In this document: positions 51,203 to 64,000 of the stretch, piece after piece | Numbering within the stretch: the stretch's first letter is position 1 | How the letters are laid out: every line of letters starts with the position of its first letter | NCBI GenBank assembly: GCA_964016885.1 | Contig: OZ024740.1 | Location: 75,826,001 to 75,890,000, forward strand | Reading direction: 5' to 3' | From: Eledone cirrhosa | Lineage: Eukaryota | Length of the DNA stretch: 64,000 nucleotides | Notes under the pieces: generated by a model | Told to the model about the DNA's origin: nothing | Seen by the model: the letters and a program-made list of their open reading frames with translations, nothing else | Databases searched by the model: none | Made by a program: the position numbers and the translations under genes

Positions 51203-53845
51203 ACATAGCTTAGTTGTCAGCGACCTCCCGGTCAGAACTAGACGAACCCGGAAACAGAGGCCAACCTGGAGAAGAAAGATCTGGAAGCTGAAAGTCCCCT
51301 CAACCAGTAACAGATTTAAAGATATTTTACTCAACGCCTACAACAGTAAAGAAGAACAGATTGAGACATTTAACGTAGAAGAGAACTGGGAGTTCCTAAA
51401 AAATAATTTACTAGAGGCGACGGATGAGGTCTGTGGCTGGAGTTAGACCTCAAGCAGGAGGAGAGTGACTTGGTGGTGGAACAATAAGGTAGATGAAGCA
51501 GTTAAGGCCAAGAGACAGGCATGGAAAGAATGGAAGAACGGGGAGAGCAGGGTACATTACATAGAGACCAAGAGGGAAGCTAGGCGACAAGTATACTTAG
51601 CTAGGAGGGAAGCAGAGGATAGAAAATTCAAGCATGTTTTACAACGTGGGGACCAGAAACAGGAAGTATTCAAGATTGCGAGGCAGTGTGTCAGAGATAA
51701 TTGTGATGTCATTGGAGAGAAGTGTATCCGGAATGATAAAGGTGAGCTTGCCCTCACAAGTGCTGAGAAGAAAGATGCATGGAAGAGTCATTATAATAGA
51801 TTACTAAATGAGGAGAATGCATGGGAAGAAGAGACCCTACCCCAAGTAGACCCTGTAGAGGGACCAGCAGTACAAGTCAGCAGCAGCGTAGTAAGTAAGG
51901 CAATCAAAGATATGAAGATGGGGAAGGCAACCGGTCCATCGGGTATAGCTGCCGAGATGCTGAAGGCATCTGGGTCTGTAGGTCACACTATAACCACACG
52001 TATCGTTAACCAGGTAATACTAGAGGGGGCCATACCAAAAGATTGGTGCAGTAGCATCATTGTCAACTGCTACAAAGGTAAAGGCGATGCACTAGATAGA
52101 GGAAACTATAGAGGTATAAAGTTGATGGACCAGGTCATGAAAGTAACAGAAAGAGTTATAGCACAGCTGATTAGGGACCGGGTGAAAATAGACGAGATGC
52201 AATTTGAGTTTGTACTAGGAAGAGGCACCACTGATGCCCTCTTCCTTGTGAGGCAATTACAGGAAAAGTATCTAGCTAAAAGTAAGCCACTCTACTTGGC
52301 ATTTGTCGACCTTGAGAAAGCCTTTGACAGAGTTCCACGTGTTGTAATCTGGTGGGCTCTTAGAAAACTAGGAGTAGATGAATGGCTTGTGAAAGCGGTA
52401 CAACCCATGTATAGGGGAGCAGTCAGCAAAGTTAGGATTAGCAATGAGTATAGCGAGGAATTTAGCGTACAGGTTGGGGTCCACCAGGGCTCTGTTCTTA
52501 GCCCTCTCCTGTTCATCATAGTCCTGTAGGCAATAACGGAGGAGTTTAAGACCGGATGCCCATGGGAACTCCTGTATGCTGATGACCTCACACTCATAGC
52601 TGAATCTATGGTAGAACTAGAGAATAAATTCCAAACCTGGAAGCAGGGACTAGAAAGAAAGGGTCTCAAAGTCAACATGACAAAGACTAAGGTCCTTGTA
52701 AGTAGACGAGAAAACAGAACCCAGATCCCCTCAGGGAAATGGCCTTGCTCAGTATGTAGGAAAGGTGTAGGTAGGAACTCCATTCTCTGCCCCAAATGCA
52801 AACAATGGGTACACAAGAGATGTAGCGGGATCTCAGGAAGCTTAATTAAGAATGTAGGATTCACATGCAGCAGCTGTGCTGAAACATCAAGCAGCAAACA
52901 GCCACAGGAAACAAGTACCACCAATCTCTGGGAGGGCCCTGTAGAAACAGTAGACAGCTTCTGCTACCTAGGTGACCGAATTAGCAACGAAGGTGGGTGT
53001 TCAGAAAGTACAATAACTAGGGTAAGAACGGGATGGAAGAAGTTTAGGGAACTACTACCACTGCTAGCTGCAAAAGGCTTCTCCCTCAGAATGAAAGGCA
53101 GACTGTATGATGCGTGTATCCGAACAGCGATGTTGCATGGTAGTGAGACCTGGGCGCTGAAGGTGGAAGACTTACGTAGATTAGAGAGAAACGAAGCCTG
53201 CATGCTCCGATGGATGTGTAACAGTAATATACGTGAACGACAAAGCATAAATGAATTGAGAGAGAGACTGAGCATAAGAGGAATCAAATGCTGTGTGCAG
53301 GAGAGGCGGTTGCGCTGGTATGGACATGTGATGCGTATGAAGGATGACAGCTGCATAAAAAGGTGCAGAGCACTAGAAGTTGATGGAAACCGCGGAGTGG
53401 GGAGACCCAAGATGACCTGGGATGAGGTGATAAAAGCTGACCTTATCCAATTACACCTCTCAAAGACAATGACACACGACCGTGACTTCTGGCGTCACGC
53501 AGTAATACAGAGTACCCGACCTCCTATGGGTACATGCTGAAGCATATAAACAATATGCCCCCACACCCCCCACTGCAAGGTGGTCGTGGAGGTGCCACGG
53601 CAAAAAAAGCATCCAGCCCACACTGTAAAGTGGACGTGTAGGCGCCACGAAAAAGCACCCAGCACTCACTGTAAATGAGGTTGGTGTTAGGAAGGGCATC
53701 CAGCTGTAGAAATCAAGCCAGATCAGTTCCTGTATGAGCAAGGCATGGTCAGCCGACCAGACACTGCACACAACAGGACAACCCGTCTAACCCATGCTAG
53801 CGTGGAAGAACGGACGTAAAACGGTGATGATGATGATAATGATGA
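51203..53845 (+). mobile_element. 5'-truncated RTE (PHD family) with a premature TAG at 52527
   Basis: [43 protein letters not shown] insert, (GAT)n tail. Confidence 0.93.
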
Positions 53846-54320
53846 TATATAACAACCTGGACCATCACTTCGAAATTATTCAATATCTCAGTTAGGTTTC
53901 TGTAAATCCGAAATCAACAAAATCCGCTTGCAGTGTATACAAGTTAAGTTTCTGGATGATCGAACAGTGGATTTACTTTCTCAACAGGCTTTCGTTCTGA
54001 TACAAATCTGGTTGTGATGGCACATGTTACTCCAAAGGGAGCTAACCACAGTTTATGGTGGTCAAATTCAAATTATGAGCAATGGAAAAAGTTCCATACA
54101 CAAACTGAATTAAGCACTCAACCAGACCGTTATTAAATAAACATAAATAATTAACCAATCAATCGAATTGTCAAATTAAATTAATCAATTAATCATTAGG
54201 TCTAGGAGATAGTAATACAAATGAAAGTACAGCATATTCGAAGCTCGAGCCGCAGCTAAGCTGACGAATGCCTTCAGCAGTGCAGCCAAGCACTCGACAA
54301 GGTATAGACCTCATAGTAAT

Positions 54321-54323
<3 letters not shown>

Positions 54324-54364
<41 letters not shown>

Positions 54365-54431
54365 TACATATATACATATATATATATACATATATATATA
54401 TACATATATATATATACATATATATATATAC

Positions 54432-54462
<31 letters not shown>

Positions 54463-54563
54463 CATATATATATATACATATATATACATATATATACATA
54501 TATATATATATATACATATATATACATATATATATATACATATATATACATATATATATATAC

Positions 54564-54614
<51 letters not shown>
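54324..54614. repeat. (TA)n/(TACA) microsatellite
   Basis: Direct inspection. Confidence 0.95.
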
Positions 54615-55274
<660 letters not shown>

Positions 55275-55369
55275 TATATATATATACACATATATATATA
55301 TATATATATACACATATATATATATATATATATACACATATATATACACATATATATATATATATATAT

Positions 55370-55410
<41 letters not shown>

Positions 55411-55413
55411 CAC

Positions 55414-55474
<61 letters not shown>

Positions 55475-55489
55475 TATATATATATATAT

Positions 55490-55622
<133 letters not shown>

Positions 55623-55629
55623 TATATAT

Positions 55630-55822
<193 letters not shown>

Positions 55823-56011
55823 TATATATATATATATATATACACACACATATATATATATATATATATACACACACATATATATATATATATATATACA
55901 CACACATATATATATATATACACACACATATATATATATATACACACACATATATATATATATATATACACACATATATATATACACATATATATATATA
56001 TATATATATAT

Positions 56012-56865
56012 AGTATTTACGTATCGAGAATGAGAAAAAATTGCAACTGCCGCGACAGAGGACGCTGCCCCCTTAGAGGATACTGCTTGACTGATAGGGT
56101 TATATATAGATGCACTATTACTAGCCACAATAGCGTTAAACATTATATAGGGGCCACCTCCGGCCCGTTCAAAATTAGGTTTCGAACACATCTCCACTCT
56201 TTTACAAATAGAAAACTAAGGCACTCCACTTCGCTCGCGGACTACATCACATCACTAAAGGACTTAAACATCAGCTTCTCCACACACTGGGAGATTGTCG
56301 GCAGGGCTGCACCGTACAACTTCAAGAGGAAATGCGATCTTTGCCTCATGGAGCTCTACCACATCATAACTGCACCCCACGAGCTCATCAACAGCAGAGC
56401 TGAAACAGCGATAAGTTGTACACATCGCTTAAAAATATCCTTCTTCAGATGGGTTAAGGATGAAGAGTGAAATAGTACACTGGATCTCCCTGCAACAAGT
56501 CTTAACACCCCGGCGGGCAGGCGCTGCAAAATAACACCCAGAAAACAATCCTTGCATACCAGACCCAGCCTCAGACAAACGGATGCGGCAAAAAAAAAAA
56601 AAAAAAAAAAAAATTTGTCCGGGAAAGACTGCCCTAACACCGGCCAGAGTTACCTCCCTTGACCTGCTGCAAAATCAAAACAAGATATTTTTGCGAGCAA
56701 TGAACCTTGATGTGGATTTAACCCCAAAAACTCCTTCCGAGCAATATAAGGAACACTTGTGATTATTTATGCCCTTGAGAAGCCCAACTGGGTGAAACGT
56801 ACGTAGGTGATATTTTAAATAAACATGTTTTAACGGTCTATTCTCCGATTTTTTACTTTCCCACG

Positions 56866-56866
<1 letters not shown>
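56012..56866 (+). mobile_element. 5'-truncated Naiad PLE (GIY-YIG only), a different family from the one at 1-6038
   Basis: [36 protein letters not shown]; 3' UTR hammerhead variant. Confidence 0.88.
56768..56812 (+). ncRNA. Hammerhead variant with a U3-A8 core
   Basis: gccc-TTGAGAA-GCCCA-ac-TGGGT-GAAAC-GTAC-GTA^ggtg; palindromic stem III; weak stem I. Confidence 0.6.
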
Positions 56867-56897
<31 letters not shown>

Positions 56898-56928
56898 TAT
56901 ATATATACACATATATATATGTATATAT

Positions 56929-56997
<69 letters not shown>

Positions 56998-57012
56998 TAT
57001 ATGTGTATATAT

Positions 57013-57046
<34 letters not shown>

Positions 57047-57051
57047 ATGTG

Positions 57052-59109
<2,058 letters not shown>

Positions 59110-59158
59110 TATATATATATACACATATATATATATATACACATATATATATATATAT

Positions 59159-59234
<76 letters not shown>

Positions 59235-59350
59235 CTATATATATACACACATATATATATATATATACACACACATATATATATATATACACACACATAT
59301 ATATATATATACACACATATATATATATATACACACATATATATATATAT

Positions 59351-59413
<63 letters not shown>

Positions 59414-59462
59414 TATATATATACACACATATATATATATACACACACATATATATATATAT

Positions 59463-59503
<41 letters not shown>

Positions 59504-59515
59504 TATATATATATA

Positions 59516-61067
59516 CACTCTACTTGGCATTTGTCGACCTTGAGAAAGCCTTTGACAGAGTTCCACGTGCAGTAATCTGGTGGGCTCTTAGAAAACTAGG
59601 AGTAGATGAATGGCTTGTGAAAGCGGTACAAGCCATGTATAGGGGAGCAGTCAGCAAAGTTAGGATTGGCAATGAGTATAGCGAGGAATTTAGCGTACAG
59701 GTTGGGGTCCACCAGGGCTCTGTTCTTAGCCCTCTCCTGTTCATCATAGTCCTGCAGGCAATAACGGAGGAGTTTAAGACCGGATGCCCATGGGAACTCC
59801 TGTATGCTGATGACCTCGCACTCATAGCTGAATCTATGGTAGAACTAGAGAATAAATTCCAAACCTGGAAGCAGGGACTAGAGAGAAAGGGCCTCAAAGT
59901 CAACATGACAAAGACTAAGGTCCTTGTAAGTAGACGAGAAAACAGAACCCAGATCCCCTCAGGGAAATGGCCTTGCTCAGTATGTAGGAAAGGTGTAGGT
60001 AGAAACTCCATTCTCTGCCCCAAATGCAAACAATGGGTACACAAGAGATGTAGCGGGATCTCAGGAAGCTTAATTAAGAATGTAGGATTCACATGCAGCA
60101 GCTGTGCTGAAACAGCAAGCAAACAGCCACAGGAAACAAGTACCACCAATCTCTGGGAGGGCCCTGTAGAAACAGTAGACAGCTTCTGCTACCTAGGTGA
60201 CCGAATTAGCAACGGAGGTGGGTGCTCAGAAAGTACAATAACTAGGGTAAGAACGGGATGGAAGAAGTTTAGGGAACTACTACCACTGCTAGCTGCAAAA
60301 GGCTTCTCCCTCAGAATGAAAGGCAGACTGTATGATGCGTGTATCCGAACAGCGATGTTGCATGGTAGTGAGACCTGGGCGCTGAAGGTGGAAGACTTAC
60401 GTAGATTAGAGAGAAACGAAGCCTGCATGCTCCGATGGATGTGTAACAGTAATATACGTGAACGACAAAGCATAAAGGTATTGAGAGAGAGACTGAGCAT
60501 AAGAGGAATCAAATGCTGCGTGCAGGAGAGGCGGTTACGCTGGTATGGACATGTGATGCGTATGAAGGATGACAGCTGCATAAAAAGGTGCAGAGCACTA
60601 GAAGTTGATGGAAACCGCGGAGTGGGGAGACCCAAGATGACTTGGGATGAGGTGATAAAAGCCGACCTTACCCAACTACACCTCTCAAAGTCAATGACAC
60701 ACGACCGTGACTTCTGGCGTCACGCAGTAATACAGGGTACCCGACCTCCCATGGGTACATGCTGAAGCATATAAACAATATGCCCCCCCCCTCCACCGCA
60801 AGGTGGCCGTGGAGGTGCCACGGCAAAAAAGCACCCAGCCCACACTGTAAAGTGGACGTGTAGGCGCCACGAAAAAGCACCCAGCACTCACTGTAAATGA
60901 GGTTGGTGTTAGGAAGGGCATCCAGCTGTAGAAATCAAGCCAGATCAGTTCCTGTATGAGCAAGGCATGGTCAGCCGACCAGACACTGCCCACAACAGGA
61001 CAACCCGTCTAACCCATGCTAGCGTGGAAGAACGGACGTAAAACGGTGATGATGATGATGATGATGA
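59516..61067 (+). mobile_element. 5'-truncated RTE (PHD family), remaining ORF uninterrupted
   Basis: Near-identical to 52290-53845; (GAT)n tail. Confidence 0.93.
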
Positions 61068-61070
61068 CAC

Positions 61071-61101
<31 letters not shown>

Positions 61102-61196
61102 TATATATATATACACACATATATATATATATACACATATATATATATATATTCGCTATTTCTGGGATGGCTGTTCCCTTCGGTATAAAGTAACGT

Positions 61197-61609
61197 TCAA
61201 ATTTTTCTCGATTCTTCTCTCCATTCGAACCCATTCATTCAATCACTTCTATGTCCTAAATTCACACTATATCATATTTTCACCATTATATATCATATCT
61301 TTTCTCTAAAAATCATATTTTCCCTATCACCGCATTTTCTCTACCGTATTTTCTTAAACAAAACAAATCTTGTATTTTCGTTTATTGTTAAATTATGCTC
61401 AAAATTTTTTCTCGATTCTTCTCTCCATTCAAACCCATTCATTCAATCACTTCTATGTCCTAAATTCACACTATATCATATTTTCACCATTATATATCAT
61501 ATCTTTTCTCTAAAAATCATATTTTCCCTATCACCGCATTTTCTCTATCGTAATTTCTTAAACAAAACAAATCTTGTATTTTCGTTTATTGTTAAATCAT
61601 GCCCAAAAT
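61197..61609 (+). repeat. Two ~204-bp tandem monomers upstream of the RTE ORF
   Basis: ctcgattcttctctccatt at 61207 and 61411. Confidence 0.9.
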
Positions 61610-61751
61610 ACGGCGATCTTATCTTAAACCTTACATTCTCGCTAACAACCCATCATCCCTCCCTCCCTCCCGCCCCCACGCACCACCATTATTACGTGGA
61701 CCAATCATAAGTCAGAGGCCCATACTATCGCTTAACTGGTTGCTTTTCGAT

Positions 61752-64000
61752 ATGATGGATGGACTACGGAATTCTGGAGAGTTGAAGAGAGAAAAATGTG
61801 GACGCTCAGCGACAATGCCAAAGATAAAGCCAAATTCACCTCGTGGGCGAGAATGCAAGCACTCCTCCTTGTTTCGGCCCAGGATGGCTAACATAACCCC
61901 ATCCCCCCCCGTGCCCCACCGCTCCCACCCTCCAAACGCAATCCAAAACTTCAGAGTCGGTACCATGAATGTAGGCACCTTAAAGGGTCGCTCTAACGAG
62001 GTTGTAGAAATGCTTGAACGTAAGGAGGTCGATGTTTGTTGTATTCAAGAGACCAGGTGGAGGGGAGGGTCGGCTAGATTCATCGTGGGTAAAGAGCGAT
62101 GCTATAAGCTTTTCTGGGTGGGAAATGACAATGGGTTGGGTGGGGCAGGAATCATGGTAGCAGAAAAGTGGGCAGATAAGATAATAGACGTAAATAGAGT
62201 GAACGACAGAATAATTAAAATAAGACTTGTCCTCAATAAAACTACGGTGACAGTAATATCTGCGTACGCACCCCAATCCGGACTGCCCCGCGCTATAAAA
62301 GACAGATTCTACGAGACACTGATGCTCGCTACCTCCCAAATAACCGACAGTGACTATATAGTTATTGCTGGCGACCTAAATGGTCACGTTGGACAACATT
62401 GTGACGGCTATGACGGAATCCATGGAGGCTATGGGTTCGGTACTAGAAATGAGGAAGGCTCCAGAATCCTGGAATTCTGCGTCGCAAATAACTTAACTAT
62501 CTGTAACACTAACTTCAAAAAACGAGACAATCACTTGATCACCTATAGATCGGGGGAACACACAAGCCAGGTAGATTATATCCTTACCAGAAGACGTGAC
62601 AGAGTGTCTGTTGTTAACACTAAATCCCACCCCCATGAAGAATTCACCTCCCAACATAGACTGATAATTAGCGACCTCATCGTCAGGACGAGACGTACTA
62701 GACAGCGAAAGAGGACTATCCTCAGGAGAAAAATATGGAAGCTAAAGGACCCCATAGCCATAAATAAATTTCAAAGCAAATTACTTGACGCTTTCAACAG
62801 TAAGGAAGAGCAATTAGAGTCGTATAATATAGAGGAACAGTGGGAATTCCTGAGAGCAAACCTGCTGACGGCGGCAGACGAAGTCTGTGGCTGGAGCAGG
62901 CCTGTAGGTAGGAGGAGAGTAACATGGTGGTGGAACAGTAAGGTGGAGGAGTCAATTAAGGCCAAAAAGCAGGCTTGGAAAGTATGGCGGGATGGGGGAA
63001 GTAGAGAAGACTATCAAGTGGCCAGGAGGGAAGCTAGGAGACAAGTGTACTTCGCAAGAAGGGAAGCAGAGGAAAGAAAGTTCAAGCATGTTCTACAACG
63101 TGAGGACCAAAAACGTGAGGTGTTCAGGATTGCCAGGCAATGTGTCAAGGAAAACCGTGATATTGTCGGGGAGAAGTGTGTACTTAACGATGATGGCATA
63201 CTTGCCATCACCGACGCTGATAAGAAGGTAGCTTGGAAGTGTCACTACGAAAGGCTTCTAAATGAGGAGAACAAATGGGAGAAAGACAGTCTCCCCCAGA
63301 TCGATCCAATAGAGGGACCAGCAGTGTTAGTTGAAGGTAGTATAATAAGTAAGGCAATCAAAGATATGAAGACGGGTAAGGCGGCTGGGCCTTCGGAAAT
63401 AGTTGCTGAGATGCTGAAGGCATCTGGTTCGGTGGGACACACCATGGTCACCCGGATAGTTAACCAAGTCGTACAGAATGGGGTTGTTCCGAAGGAATGG
63501 CGTAGCAGCATCATCGTTAACTGCTATAAGGGAAAAGGAGATGCCCTAGATAGGTGTAACTATAGAGGCATTAAATTAATCGACCAGGTCATGAAGGTCA
63601 CGGAAAAAGTAATAGCGCAACTAATCAGAGAGAGAATTGACCTAGATGAAATGCAGTTCGGGTTTGTGTCAGGCAAAAGCACCACAGACGCTCTTTTCAT
63701 AGTACGACAACTACAGGAGAAGTACCTAGCTAAAAGTAAACCCCTATACTTAGCTTTTGTCGACTTGGAGAAAGCCTTCGACAGAGTCCCCCGTTCCATT
63801 ATCTGGTGGTCTCTTAGAAAACTAGGTGTTGACGAATGGCTTGTGAGAGCTATACAAGCCATGTATAAAGAAACAGTCAGTAAGGTTAGAATTAACAACG
63901 AATATAGTGAAGAGTTTAGCGTAAAAGTTGGTGTCCATCAGGGCTCTGTACTTAGCCCCCTACTATTTATTATTGCCCTTCAGGCTATAACAGAGGAGTT
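61752..64000 (+). CDS. Uninterrupted RTE ORF (APE endonuclease + RT N-terminal half) running off the window
   Basis: Manual translation shows no stop: [68 protein letters not shown]. Confidence 0.92.
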   Translation, partial: MMDGLRNSGELKREKCGRSATMPKIKPNSPRGRECKHSSLFRPRMANITPSPPVPHRSHPPNAIQNFRVGTMNVGTLKGRSNEVVEMLERKEVDVCCIQETRWRGGSARFIVGKERCYKLFWVGNDNGLGGAGIMVAEKWADKIIDVNRVNDRIIKIRLVLNKTTVTVISAYAPQSGLPRAIKDRFYETLMLATSQITDSDYIVIAGDLNGHVGQHCDGYDGIHGGYGFGTRNEEGSRILEFCVANNLTICNTNFKKRDNHLITYRSGEHTSQVDYILTRRRDRVSVVNTKSHPHEEFTSQHRLIISDLIVRTRRTRQRKRTILRRKIWKLKDPIAINKFQSKLLDAFNSKEEQLESYNIEEQWEFLRANLLTAADEVCGWSRPVGRRRVTWWWNSKVEESIKAKKQAWKVWRDGGSREDYQVARREARRQVYFARREAEERKFKHVLQREDQKREVFRIARQCVKENRDIVGEKCVLNDDGILAITDADKKVAWKCHYERLLNEENKWEKDSLPQIDPIEGPAVLVEGSIISKAIKDMKTGKAAGPSEIVAEMLKASGSVGHTMVTRIVNQVVQNGVVPKEWRSSIIVNCYKGKGDALDRCNYRGIKLIDQVMKVTEKVIAQLIRERIDLDEMQFGFVSGKSTTDALFIVRQLQEKYLAKSKPLYLAFVDLEKAFDRVPRSIIWWSLRKLGVDEWLVRAIQAMYKETVSKVRINNEYSEEFSVKVGVHQGSVLSPLLFIIALQAITEE

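Noticed and set aside
53978-54120. Next beta-galactosidase exon
   Set aside because: An acceptor-like site is present, but no frame gives the expected LVEN.GR.N motif.
56468-56660. Selenocysteine read-through or SECIS in the Naiads
   Set aside because: The TGA is terminal rather than at a conserved Cys position; the 782-aa ORF has no internal TGA; the ATGA..AAA..GA near 2321 has too short a helix for a SECIS.
61620-61860. HDV-like ribozyme at the RTE 5' end
   Set aside because: I could not assemble the nested double pseudoknot by eye; a descriptor search would be needed.

Overview
Eukaryotic, AT-rich and very repeat-dense DNA. The (TA)n-laden introns, RTE/CR1 LINEs and tRNA-SINE types suggest an octopus or other coleoid cephalopod, but this is an inference. 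The backbone is the middle of a + strand GH35 beta-galactosidase-like gene (GLB1L2/3-type). I could splice 12 exons (12303-50273) in consistent phase, with both catalytic Glu motifs intact; the 5' and 3' exons lie outside the window. The introns hold: a partial-tandem Naiad-type Penelope-like element (RT + GIY-YIG) and other PLE relics; up to eight hammerhead-ribozyme motifs, some with unusual architecture; an RTE with three C2H2 fingers; many copies of an RTE family with a PHD finger inserted inside the RT, plus a related copy whose ORF is intact to the window end; a CR1-type LINE; SINEs; and hAT, Tigger and piggyBac-like MITEs. There are also a 7.6-kb ~50-bp satellite with higher-order structure, a 2.4-kb 75-bp minisatellite, and a stack of retroelements separated by (TA)n tracts at 51-64 kb. 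Most long Y/I/C/V-rich ORFs in the track are microsatellite artefacts.
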